Part shown: positions 9,174-17,893 of the stretch, in pieces
How positions within the stretch are numbered: position 1 is the first letter of the stretch
How the letters are laid out: each line of letters opens with the position of its first letter
NCBI GenBank assembly: GCA_964550465.1
Contig: CAZJZH010000001.1
Location: 107-64,106 of the forward strand
Length of the DNA stretch: 64,000 bases
Reading direction: 5' to 3'
From: an uncultured Gammaproteobacteria bacterium
GTDB lineage: Bacteria; Patescibacteriota; Patescibacteriia; JACRDY01
Notes under the pieces: generated by a model
Seen by the model: only the letters and a program-made list of their open reading frames with translations
Told to the model about the DNA's origin: nothing
Databases searched by the model: none
Made by a program: the position numbers and the translations under genes

Positions 9174-10655
9174 ATGGCCTATATCCCTACAATTGGCATG
9201 GAAATCCACTTCCATCTCAAGACCACATCAAAGATGTTCTGCGGCTGCGCCAACACCTACAGCAGCCAACCCAACGTCAATATCTGCCCCGTCTGTACCG
9301 GCCAGCCCGGTGCCCTGCCAGTGCCTAACCAACAAGCCATTGAGTGGATCGGCCTGATTGGCTTGGGGTTGAACTGTCAGCTGGCTGAGCAGTTTTCCTT
9401 TGAACGAAAAAATTATTTCTACCCGGACTTGCCCAAGGGTTACCAAATCACCTCTACCACTCACCCACCCTGCATCGGTGGTCACCTGATGGTGGGCCAG
9501 AAAAAAATTCGCGTTAATCATATTCACCTAGAAGAAGACACCGGCAGTCTCAAACACGACACCGCCGGCGTGACGCTAGTTGACCTTAACCGTTCTAGCG
9601 CCCCACTGGTGGAGCTGGTGACTGAGCCGGACATGACCAGCGGCTGGGAGGCCAAGACGTTTTGTAGTGAACTGCAGTTGATCTTGCGGACTCTGGAGGT
9701 AGCAGATGCTGACATGGAGAAAGGCCAGATGCGTTGTGAGGTCAATATCTCACTGCGCCCAGAAGGACAAGCAGAATTTGGTACCAAAGTGGAAATCAAA
9801 AACCTTAATTCTTTCCGAGCAGTGGAACGAGCGATTGAGTATGAAATCGAGCGACAAGCCGCTCTGCTAGACAAGGGTGAAACAGTCAGTCAGGAAACCC
9901 GCGGCTGGGATGAAAAACAGCAGCGGACCGTGGCTCAGCGCCGCAAAGAAGAGGCTCATGATTACCGCTACTTTCCTGAACCAGACATTCCCCCACTGAC
10001 CTTTGACCAAGCGCGCTATGAACAACTACGCGCCACCTTACCAGAATTACCAGCCGCCAAGCGGCAGCGCTTTATGGGTGAATACGGCTTTGCTGAAGAC
10101 GACGCCCGCATCTTAGCTAACGAGCCATCTCTGGCTGCTTTTACTGAAGCGGTGGTGTCTGAGCTGCAGGGCTGGCTGGAGAGCAGTGATGATACCAACA
10201 CACCAGGCGGTGATATCTGGCGAGACAACCAAGCGGCACTGAGTAAACTAGTTAGTGGCTGGATTACCTCTGAACTGTTTAAGATTATCAAAGACACTGG
10301 CATTGCTCTGGCAGACACTAAAGTGACGCCAGAAAACTTTGCTGAGTTTCTGACCCTAGTGTATCAGAAAAAAATTAACTCCTCGGCTGCGCAGCAAGTG
10401 CTGCAGTTGATGGTAGAAACCGGCCAAGACCCCAGCGATATTGTCGAGGCTGAAGGTTTAAGCCAACTCGATGACACTGCAGCACTGACCGCCGCTGTCC
10501 AAGCAGTCGTTGATGCCAACCCTGATCAAGTAGCGGCTTATAAGGGCGGTAAAGAAGCGTTGTTCAAATTTTTCGTCGGCCAAGTGATGAAAGAAACCAA
10601 GGGTCGGGCTAATCCGGAGGTGGTTGGTGAACTGCTGAAAAAAGCCCTGGGATAA
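9174..10655 (+). CDS. gatB: Asp-tRNA(Asn)/Glu-tRNA(Gln) amidotransferase subunit B
   Basis: 493 aa. MEIHFHL...CGCAN...CPVCTGQPGALPV at the N-terminus and a GatB/YqeY-type C-terminus. Confidence 0.93.
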   Translation: MAYIPTIGMEIHFHLKTTSKMFCGCANTYSSQPNVNICPVCTGQPGALPVPNQQAIEWIGLIGLGLNCQLAEQFSFERKNYFYPDLPKGYQITSTTHPPCIGGHLMVGQKKIRVNHIHLEEDTGSLKHDTAGVTLVDLNRSSAPLVELVTEPDMTSGWEAKTFCSELQLILRTLEVADADMEKGQMRCEVNISLRPEGQAEFGTKVEIKNLNSFRAVERAIEYEIERQAALLDKGETVSQETRGWDEKQQRTVAQRRKEEAHDYRYFPEPDIPPLTFDQARYEQLRATLPELPAAKRQRFMGEYGFAEDDARILANEPSLAAFTEAVVSELQGWLESSDDTNTPGGDIWRDNQAALSKLVSGWITSELFKIIKDTGIALADTKVTPENFAEFLTLVYQKKINSSAAQQVLQLMVETGQDPSDIVEAEGLSQLDDTAALTAAVQAVVDANPDQVAAYKGGKEALFKFFVGQVMKETKGRANPEVVGELLKKALG

Positions 10656-10666
10656 TCTCCTCACCA

Positions 10667-10708
10667 CCTTTTAAAAAACCTCTTCGCTATTTTTACTCTG
10701 AGGTTTTT
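10667..10708 (+). terminator. possible terminator after gatB
   Basis: aaaaacctc...(16-nt loop)...gaggtttttta: a weak stem followed by a T-run. Confidence 0.3.
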
Positions 10709-11075
10709 TACGTTACTTTTGGGGCAAAAGGTTTCTTTCGCCACTTTTGACAGCAAAAGTGGCCAAAACTGCCGGGTCCGCCGTAGGCGGATTCGCCCCG
10801 GACCCCATATGATTTCACCTATACTCTCTTAAAGCTATAAAAGTAACTCTGTTTCACAGTGCTCTGGGGTCTGGGGGAAACATCCCGCCCGAAGCTCGCC
10901 TCTGGGCGGGTAGGCGCCCTGAGCCCCAAAATGAGCGCGCCGGCCCGCACTTCGTTCCGCTGTACGGAACTACGGCGGGTAAAGAGGCGGCTTACCTGTA
11001 GGCTTTCTTGTCCGCCGAATCCTGCGAAGCAGGAGAAGGCGGATGGTTACTTTTGACCTCAAAAGTAACGTAAGA
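10709..11075. other. structured intergenic segment: family of YTTTTG/CAAAAR hairpins flanking a ~190-nt GC-rich (>60%) core
   Basis: Three hairpins sharing the same arms lie at 10716-10736, 10741-10764 (gccacttttg acagc aaaagtggc) and 11044-11069 (gttacttttg acct caaaagtaac). Nested GC hairpins follow, e.g. gggtccgccgtaggcgg...ccggaccc and cctgcgaagcagg. No convincing ORF is present. Confidence 0.3.
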
Positions 11076-11081
11076 AAGTGG

Positions 11082-11999
11082 TTACTGCAAAAAATTTTTA
11101 ACCACCGCCTGCGCTGCTACAAAATCCTCCACCCAGACAATATCCCTATCTCGCTTAAACCAGGTCAGCTGTCGCTTGGCAAAACGGCGGATATCAATCT
11201 CCAAGTGCGTTACCATGTCCTCATACGACAACTCTTTTTTAAGATAGCGGGCCAACCAGCGATACTCCAAACCAAACTCCTCCATGCGCTTCCAGGACAG
11301 TCCCGCTTGATGTAACCGCTGTGCTTCCTCTACCATATCCTGGTGCTCTAGACGATGCATCAAACGATCATGAATCCGCTGACGTAACACCAGCGGTGGT
11401 AAGCGTAAGCCAATTTTACAAAAAGTATAGGGCGGCGCCTGACGATGTCTTTGAAATGACTGTGGCTGCCCAGAAGTGTAATAAATCTCCAGCGCCCGCT
11501 GCACTCGCCGACGATTATGCTGATCAATACTGTGCCAGCTGTCTGGATCAACTTGTTTCAACACTGCCAATAACTGTGGCAGTGTTTTTTTATCCAATCG
11601 CTGTCTGACCTGTTGTTTATCGGCCGTCTCAGTCGGAAACTGATAGCCTTCCACCACTGCGCTGACATACAACCCCGTCCCACCGACCAGCAGTGGCAGT
11701 TTGCCGCGCTGGAGGATATCTTCAATGGCCTGATAGGCTTTTTCTTGATACTGCTCAACAGTAAAATCAGCCTGAGGATTAACAATATCAATCAGGTGAT
11801 GCACCACCTCCTGCTGCTGATACTCTGCTAAATCTTTACCAGTACCCACATCCATGCCGCGGTAGACTTGCCGCGAATCCGCTGAAATAATTTCGCCATT
11901 ATATTGCCGCGCCACATCAATAGCTAAACTGGTCTTACCACTGGCAGTTGAGCCGACAATCACCACTACTTTGTCTGTATTACTCTGTATTTTCGTCAT
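11082..11999 (-). CDS. miaA: tRNA dimethylallyltransferase
   Basis: VVVIVGSTASGKTSLAIDVA...IISADSRQVYRGMDVGTGK is the canonical MiaA N-terminus. The start was set at MTKIQ. Confidence 0.9.
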   Translation of the reverse strand: MTKIQSNTDKVVVIVGSTASGKTSLAIDVARQYNGEIISADSRQVYRGMDVGTGKDLAEYQQQEVVHHLIDIVNPQADFTVEQYQEKAYQAIEDILQRGKLPLLVGGTGLYVSAVVEGYQFPTETADKQQVRQRLDKKTLPQLLAVLKQVDPDSWHSIDQHNRRRVQRALEIYYTSGQPQSFQRHRQAPPYTFCKIGLRLPPLVLRQRIHDRLMHRLEHQDMVEEAQRLHQAGLSWKRMEEFGLEYRWLARYLKKELSYEDMVTHLEIDIRRFAKRQLTWFKRDRDIVWVEDFVAAQAVVKNFLQ

Positions 12000-12044
12000 A
12001 TACCTTAGCAGTATAGGTAAATGCCAGCTTTTACACAATCGATA

Positions 12045-12073
12045 TTGACAAAATTTTATAATGCTGTTATACT
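12045..12073 (+). promoter_or_regulatory. sigma70 consensus promoter for the DEAD-box helicase gene
   Basis: TTGACA, a 17-nt spacer, then TATACT. Confidence 0.5.
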
Positions 12074-12179
12074 TGGGTCATTATTCGATTCGCCTATGCG
12101 AATCATCGACTCGAATCTTTTCTGCGTCATACCGCTCCGGTGATCACGATAAGAACCTTGGGTCACCCTAATACAACGT

Positions 12180-13454
12180 ATGACAACGAAACACACCCCT
12201 GGTGTTGACTCCCCTCGGTTTACGGACCTGGGCTTGGCACCATCACTCTTGGCTATTTTAGCCAAACTGAAATTTACTACTCCCACGCCGATTCAGCACC
12301 AAGCCATTCCCGCTGTGCTGACCGGTAAAGACATTGTCGGTATCGCCCAAACGGGTACCGGCAAGACGTTGGCGTTTGGCTTGCCAATGCTACAACAACT
12401 GAGCAAACTAAAAGGGCAAGGCCTGATTTTGCTCCCTACTCGTGACTTGGCCTTACAAGTTGATGAGGTACTGAAAAAAATTGGTAAAGCCGCTGGTCTC
12501 AAAACAGCAGTTATCATTGGTGGAGCCAACATGAAGAAACAGATTCGTGACTTGGCGGGCCGACCACATGTGATTATTGCCACACCCGGTCGACTGATTG
12601 ATCACTTGGAACAACAGACGGTTAGCCTGAAGCTAGTCAAGGTAGCAGTGCTCGATGAAGCAGACCGCATGTTTGACATTGGCTTCATGCCACAAATCAA
12701 ACGAATTCTTGAAGCTACCCCTACACAACGACAGACCCTGCTATTCTCTGCTACTATGCCGCCAGCCGTGGCGCAGTTAGCTGCCAAATACATGAAAACC
12801 CCGTTTCGGATTGAAGTGGCACCGGCTGGGCAAGCTTCAAAAAATGTGGAACAGGAAATTTTTGTGGTCTGGAAAGAAGATAAACTGACTCTGTTGCGAA
12901 AAATTGTAACGGAAAATAAGGGTACGATTTTGATTTTTACCCGCACTAAATATGGCGCTAAGAAAACCGCTGCGGCCCTGCGGTCACTCAAACAGACAGC
13001 AGTAGAGATTCACTCTAATCGTTCGCTGGCGCAGCGACGAGATGCCTTAGACGGCTTTAAATCTGGCAAGTACCGGATCATGGTAGCCACTGACATTGCT
13101 GCTCGTGGGATTGATGTTGATGGCATCTCTCTGGTAATTAATTTTGACCTACCAGAACAATCCGAAGACTACGTCCACCGTATTGGTCGGACTGGTCGGG
13201 CTAGCCACTTTGGTAAAGCCATCTCCTTTGTCACGCCAGACCAGCACGCTGATGTGAAACAGATTGAAAAACTGATTGATCAGACGCTCAGTATCACTGC
13301 CCTCCCAGACGACATCCGGCCGGCAAAATTTCCTGATATTTCTGCCAACCAATCCGGTCGACGCCGCCGTGGCCAGGTTGGTCGTAACAGCTACCGCAGC
13401 CCGGGCAATGCTCGGCGCCGCTCGGCTGGCCGACCCTCACGCCGTCGCCGCTAA
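12180..13454 (+). CDS. DEAD-box ATP-dependent RNA helicase with Arg-rich C-terminal tail
   Basis: Q-motif (TPTPIQ), AQTGTGKT, DEAD, SAT and HRIGRTGR motifs, and an RRRRG-rich tail. Confidence 0.9.
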   Translation: MTTKHTPGVDSPRFTDLGLAPSLLAILAKLKFTTPTPIQHQAIPAVLTGKDIVGIAQTGTGKTLAFGLPMLQQLSKLKGQGLILLPTRDLALQVDEVLKKIGKAAGLKTAVIIGGANMKKQIRDLAGRPHVIIATPGRLIDHLEQQTVSLKLVKVAVLDEADRMFDIGFMPQIKRILEATPTQRQTLLFSATMPPAVAQLAAKYMKTPFRIEVAPAGQASKNVEQEIFVVWKEDKLTLLRKIVTENKGTILIFTRTKYGAKKTAAALRSLKQTAVEIHSNRSLAQRRDALDGFKSGKYRIMVATDIAARGIDVDGISLVINFDLPEQSEDYVHRIGRTGRASHFGKAISFVTPDQHADVKQIEKLIDQTLSITALPDDIRPAKFPDISANQSGRRRRGQVGRNSYRSPGNARRRSAGRPSRRRR

Positions 13455-13459
13455 GCCTC

Positions 13460-13491
13460 AAAAATCATCCGTCTCGGCGGATGATTTTTTT
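13460..13491 (+). terminator. Rho-independent terminator
   Basis: aaaaatcatccg tctc ggcggatgattttttt, directly after the helicase stop. Confidence 0.55.
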
Positions 13492-13595
13492 GATCCTATC
13501 TTATTTATTGTGATTTTCTCCGAGCTTGCCCGTCATAGCTCACGGGTTCGCCAACAGCGCTGCGTACAGTTGTTCAGGCTAGCGACTTCGGCTTA

Positions 13596-13763
13596 GGCTA
13601 CTGGTCGCGAGGAGCGACGGCGAGCCTTACCAATACTGCCGGCATACTGTTTATTGTGCTGCTGGCGTAGCTGCTGGGCAGCCCGAGTGGCGCCTTTGGG
13701 CTGCTGAGTGGCTTTACGGCGTTGCTGAGCGCGACGGTCTGCCTTGGTCTGGGCTGCTGACAT
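13596..13763 (-). CDS. small, highly basic Arg/Gln-rich protein (56 aa, hypothetical)
   Basis: Hand translation of the minus strand gives MSAAQTKADRRAQQRRKATQQPKGATRAAQQLRQQHNKQYAGSIGKARRRSSRPVA*. It falls below the 60-aa cutoff of the ORF track and directly abuts the downstream gene. Confidence 0.2.
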
Positions 13764-13765
13764 AG

Positions 13766-14686
13766 TTATTCAAATAATTGACGCGTTTCTTCCAACGCTT
13801 GTTGAGCATCACGCTGCTGCTGGGCAGCCCGCCACTGCTCTACCTGAGCTGAGACTTCCTTATAGGTCCCACCAATAAACTCTGTCCGCTCAATCCGTTT
13901 AATAGTGACTGGTTCTGGCTCAAAGGTCAGCCAGTGCTCAACAATAGCCTGCCGACTAGCTGTGCTGATGCTGGCAAAGTCTGTGTCGATATCAGCTACC
14001 GTGTCAGTCACTGCCTGCTGGCCGACTGTAAACAATTCAGCTAATTGCGTAGCCAAATCTAATTCTAGTAGCCGCCGGACCCAATCACTTTCTCCCCCGG
14101 CTCGACTGAGCAAGGCGTCAACCACTAGTTCTTCTGTGCTTGTAGTAGTAGTGACTATAGTTAACTCATCAAAGGTGGTCTGCAGCGCTGCTGCCGTCGC
14201 CGCGTTGAGCGCCTCATCATCGACTGGTGTTGCCGCCACACTACGGAGTCCGTACTGCCGGTCAACCTGGCCAGCCACATACTGCTCCAGCAATTGCTGG
14301 CGTGTTACCTCATCACGTAGCTGCTCTTGCGCCGCCATGATATCGGCGGTCAAATCAGCTGACTGTCGTTGATAGACTGCCAAGGCCTGGGCGCTGGCGG
14401 TCAGTGTTTTTTGATCAGCTGGAGCGGCAAATAATGCCTCGACTTCTGCCACCCGCTGCGCCAGTTGCTCTTGGCGAACCGTAGCCCGAGACAGCGCATC
14501 GGGCTGAAACCACAGCTGCACGCCTCGCCACCATTCTTTGATCGGATAGAGGGCGCTGGTTGGCAAAAGACCAGCATCGGTCGATTGCCCCGCTGCTGCG
14601 TTCACACTACTGCTCAGACCGAGCAGTAGTACTACTAAGAGCGTGCTAACTAGTTTTATCTGCCATTTGTTGTTGTACATGGGCAA
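13766..14686 (-). CDS. secreted hypothetical protein (signal peptide, Ala/Gln-rich helical)
   Basis: N-terminal signal peptide (LLVVLLLGLSSSVNA). The remainder is a low-complexity coiled-coil-like sequence. Confidence 0.45.
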   Translation of the reverse strand: MPMYNNKWQIKLVSTLLVVLLLGLSSSVNAAAGQSTDAGLLPTSALYPIKEWWRGVQLWFQPDALSRATVRQEQLAQRVAEVEALFAAPADQKTLTASAQALAVYQRQSADLTADIMAAQEQLRDEVTRQQLLEQYVAGQVDRQYGLRSVAATPVDDEALNAATAAALQTTFDELTIVTTTTSTEELVVDALLSRAGGESDWVRRLLELDLATQLAELFTVGQQAVTDTVADIDTDFASISTASRQAIVEHWLTFEPEPVTIKRIERTEFIGGTYKEVSAQVEQWRAAQQQRDAQQALEETRQLFE

Positions 14687-16397
14687 TAAAGTCTGCTTGA
14701 CTGTATTCTACCATGTCTTGCTGGCCACGCACACGGACCGCCAATGGTCCGCCGCCAGCTTCCTTGTCACCAATCACCAGCGTGTAGGGCAATTTCTGCT
14801 GCTCAGCATTGCGAATTTTCTTACCAACCGTCTCATCGCTATCATCAACCTCTGCCCGCAGACCAGCCGCTCGTAGTGTGTCGGCCAATTGTTGAGCAAA
14901 CGCGCTATGCGCTTCACTGACCGTAGCCAGCCGCACCTGCACCGGTGCCATCCAGACCGGAAAGGCGCCGGCGTGATGCTCAATAATAATAGACAAGAAT
15001 CGCTCCAGTGAACCCATAATCGCCGCGTGAATCATCACCACCCGCTCTTTATCACCCTGCTCATTAATACAGTGCAAATCAAAGCGCTCCGGCATGTTCA
15101 TATCTAACTGAATCGTTGCTACCTGCCAAGTGCGACCCAGCGAGTCCTTAGCAATGAAGTCAACCTTAGGACCGTAAAAAGCAGCTTCCCCAGGATTTTC
15201 TACAAACGCTACTCCCCGTTCGGTGGCTAGCTGACGAATCTGCTCTTCGGCCGCCTGCCATTCTTGCGGTGTGCCCAGATAGGCCGCAAAATTTTCCGGA
15301 TCATGGAGCGATAATTCCACTGCTAATTCTTCAAAGCCAACTGCCTTGTAAAAAGTATCAACAATATCCCAAATAGCCAGAAACTCTTCCTTGACCTGTC
15401 CTTGGCGACAGAAGACATGAGCATCATCTTGGGTAATACAACGGACCCGAGACAAGCCGGATAGCTCACCAGTCTGCTCGTCACGATAGACCATGGTGGT
15501 GTTGGCATAGCGCTGTGGCATGTCGCGATAACTATGTGGGTGGCGGTCAAAAATCTGGGTGTGGTGCGGACAGTTCATCGGCTTGAGGGCAAATTCGTGA
15601 TCTTCACGAGTTTTAATGCGGAATAACTCATCAGCAAACTTCTGCCAGTGACCACTGGTTTCATACAAATCCTTCTTAGTAATGTGTGGAATCTCTACTT
15701 TGTGATAACCACGAGCTGAGCGCAGTTCCCAGACATAGTCATCTAGGATAGTTCGTAACAGCATGCCTTTCGGCGTCCACAGCGGTAATCCCGGCCCGAC
15801 TAAATCAGAAAAGACAAACAAGTCTAATGTCTTGCCGAGCTTGCGGTGATCGCGCTTCTCTGCTTCTGCTCGCTGATCCAAGTACGCTTGTAATTCTTCT
15901 TTGGTCGCAAAGGCTAAGCCATAGATGCGAGTCAACATAGCCTTACTCTCATCACCACGCCAGTAGGCACCGGCCACCGTGTCGAGCTTAAAGGCAGCTG
16001 CTTTCAATTCCCCGCCATCTTCGACGTGTGGCCCTTTACATAAATCAACAAAATCACCCGAGGTGTACAGCGACACTGTCTCCTCCCCGGCCGCGGCCAA
16101 CTCTTCGATCAGCTCCAACTTATACGGCTGCTGGGCAAACAATGTCCGCGCTTCGTCCAAACTGACTGTTGAGTGCTCAAAGCTGATACCTTGATTGACA
16201 ATTTTCTGCATAGCTTTTTGCAGCTTTGGTAAATCATCCGCGCCCAGCGCTTGCGGCAACTCAAAGTCATAATAAAAACCCGTGTCGATGGCCGGACCAA
16301 TAGCTAATTTGGCATCGGGAAACTGCTGCAACACTGCCATAGCCATGACATGTGACAGTGAATGACGAACGCGTCCAATTGATGATGTATCTGACAT
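14646..16397 (-). CDS. thrS: threonine--tRNA ligase (lacks the N-terminal TGS domain)
   Basis: Class II aaRS motifs and the HxxxH/CxxxH editing-domain signature (HSLSHVMAMA). The start was set at MSDTSS. A Thr T-box lies directly upstream. Confidence 0.92.
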   Translation of the reverse strand: MSDTSSIGRVRHSLSHVMAMAVLQQFPDAKLAIGPAIDTGFYYDFELPQALGADDLPKLQKAMQKIVNQGISFEHSTVSLDEARTLFAQQPYKLELIEELAAAGEETVSLYTSGDFVDLCKGPHVEDGGELKAAAFKLDTVAGAYWRGDESKAMLTRIYGLAFATKEELQAYLDQRAEAEKRDHRKLGKTLDLFVFSDLVGPGLPLWTPKGMLLRTILDDYVWELRSARGYHKVEIPHITKKDLYETSGHWQKFADELFRIKTREDHEFALKPMNCPHHTQIFDRHPHSYRDMPQRYANTTMVYRDEQTGELSGLSRVRCITQDDAHVFCRQGQVKEEFLAIWDIVDTFYKAVGFEELAVELSLHDPENFAAYLGTPQEWQAAEEQIRQLATERGVAFVENPGEAAFYGPKVDFIAKDSLGRTWQVATIQLDMNMPERFDLHCINEQGDKERVVMIHAAIMGSLERFLSIIIEHHAGAFPVWMAPVQVRLATVSEAHSAFAQQLADTLRAAGLRAEVDDSDETVGKKIRNAEQQKLPYTLVIGDKEAGGGPLAVRVRGQQDMVEYSQADFIAHVQQQMADKTS

Positions 16398-16399
16398 AT

Positions 16400-16625
16400 A
16401 GTAAACAATATAATAAAAATCCTCATCCCACAGCCGCACTACCACGTAATAATGATACTGCGTTGGGACGAGGATTTCCCCGCGGTTCCACCCAACGTTC
16501 CTCCCGTCAAACGGAAGACACTTGGTTGCTACTCCAGTCAGCTTAGGTCTGTGACGATTCCTGTTGTGCTAGAACCAGGTGCTTGGTAGGCACCTCAATC
16601 ACTACTGGAAGCTATAGTGTAGTGT
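16400..16625 (-). promoter_or_regulatory. T-box riboswitch leader (Thr specifier) controlling thrS
   Basis: The minus strand contains cgttGGGTGGaACCGCGGgg, the T-box consensus. It is followed by a terminator hairpin aaatcctcgtccca...tgggatgaggattttt and a T-run. Upstream, a stem-loop aggtgc-cuACCAa-gcacct places the ACC (Thr) codon plus a purine in the specifier loop (plus-strand ggt at 16585-16587). Confidence 0.72.
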
Positions 16626-16644
16626 AATCTGTTGGCGCTAATTG

Positions 16645-17847
16645 TCAAGAGTCTGTGCCCGTGACGCGGATATCGATATGATCAAGCAGTTGCGGTACGC
16701 GATTGACCCAGAATGGGAAGAAGCGGACGCGAACTGACTCCACTCCTGCCACCTCAGCGAAATGCTGGTAGACTTCTGCCTCGGTCAGCCCCTTCAAGCG
16801 GTCTTTGGCGAAGGCTTCGCTGTTCAACCGGATAACTGACTGGCCACTGAGTGAGGCTTCAACGGTGGCTGTTTGATTGGCCACATCAATAGCAACAATG
16901 TCGTAGGTTAACTGGTCATAATTGACATCCAGCAGCTGCTGATCGTCTGGTAAACTGTTACGCAGCTGTCGTTCCATGGTGCGGATTAGTGCTTCGCGAT
17001 CAAAGAACACTCCTTCAGCTGTAGCAGTCACCTCCAGGCTAAATTGCTCCACCTGGTCACCAACTGCCGCGCTGGCAGTCTGTTCAATTGGCGCCATGGT
17101 AACCGCGTGCGCCACCTTACTGTCTACCCCCAGTTCACTCAGTACCTGCGCCTCCAACTGCTCGAGTAGTTTCTGTTCAGCAGTGGTGATATCTGATTCT
17201 GCTACCGCTGGTAAACGGCTCTGCCCTAGGGCAATATCGCTAACTGCTTCAGCATAAATGTCTTCTTGGAGCGGCACCCACAGACCAGGGATACTAAAAC
17301 GGGTGCCAGCCGCTATGGTCTTACCTTCTAACTGCGCCGGGTCATCGGCATAGACTGCCACTTCAGCTGACTGACCAACCGGCACATCAACCCGATCAAC
17401 AATGCGTAGTAACGTACCATCATCAGCTAACAAGCGAGTGGTAGCCACCAGTGGCTGTGGTCGGCGGTAGTTATTGACAATCGTTACACGGCCGACAGTG
17501 TCGCTGTCCGCGGCCACAGAACCAGTAGCCTCAAACTGTTGCTGACCAGTTACTTGGCGGTCAAAAAAGGCGCCTGGTAATTGGTCATCGGCTAACTGCC
17601 CATCGCTATCCCCCACCACACTGATAGTGGTAGTGGTATTGACAGTCTGCGGCTGCGGTACCACAGAGATCGTGGCTGAGACAAATGAGAAGTAGAGAAT
17701 CAAAACAATCAACAGCGCGGTGATGATAACAAAACTGACCACTACCTTACGATACAGGTGTAACGAAGGTACTGTGTGGGGTACTTTTTGCTTAGGAGTA
17801 CGCTTGGGCGCGTTAGATTTTGGCGCGGTACGCGGCATAGGCAACAA
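16645..17847 (-). CDS. membrane-anchored hypothetical protein
   Basis: 400 aa with a basic N-terminus and a single TM (VVVSFVIITALLIVLILYF). Confidence 0.45.
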   Translation of the reverse strand: MLPMPRTAPKSNAPKRTPKQKVPHTVPSLHLYRKVVVSFVIITALLIVLILYFSFVSATISVVPQPQTVNTTTTISVVGDSDGQLADDQLPGAFFDRQVTGQQQFEATGSVAADSDTVGRVTIVNNYRRPQPLVATTRLLADDGTLLRIVDRVDVPVGQSAEVAVYADDPAQLEGKTIAAGTRFSIPGLWVPLQEDIYAEAVSDIALGQSRLPAVAESDITTAEQKLLEQLEAQVLSELGVDSKVAHAVTMAPIEQTASAAVGDQVEQFSLEVTATAEGVFFDREALIRTMERQLRNSLPDDQQLLDVNYDQLTYDIVAIDVANQTATVEASLSGQSVIRLNSEAFAKDRLKGLTEAEVYQHFAEVAGVESVRVRFFPFWVNRVPQLLDHIDIRVTGTDS

Positions 17848-17893
17848 TAGAATTGATTATCACTCTTACTATACAATATTTAGCTACGAGCGT

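Noticed and set aside
10860-11045. Possible RNase P RNA (P4-like strands ggaaacatcccgcc / aagaggcggcttacc) or SRP RNA (cctgcgaagcagg hairpin)
   Set aside because: The two P4-like strands are only about 105 nt apart, and the whole GC-rich core is about 190 nt. That is far too short for bacterial RNase P RNA. The hairpin loop is not the GGAA/GNRA-closed domain IV motif of SRP RNA. It remains an unclassified structured region.
10859-11056. 65-aa ORF in the GC-rich intergenic core
   Set aside because: Ala/Arg/Pro-rich translation, typical of a random frame in GC-rich structured DNA. No RBS is present and it overlaps the hairpin family.
12056-12286. 76-aa minus-strand ORF in the miaA/helicase intergenic region
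   Set aside because: It overlaps the strong sigma70 promoter and the 5' end of the helicase gene, and is probably spurious.
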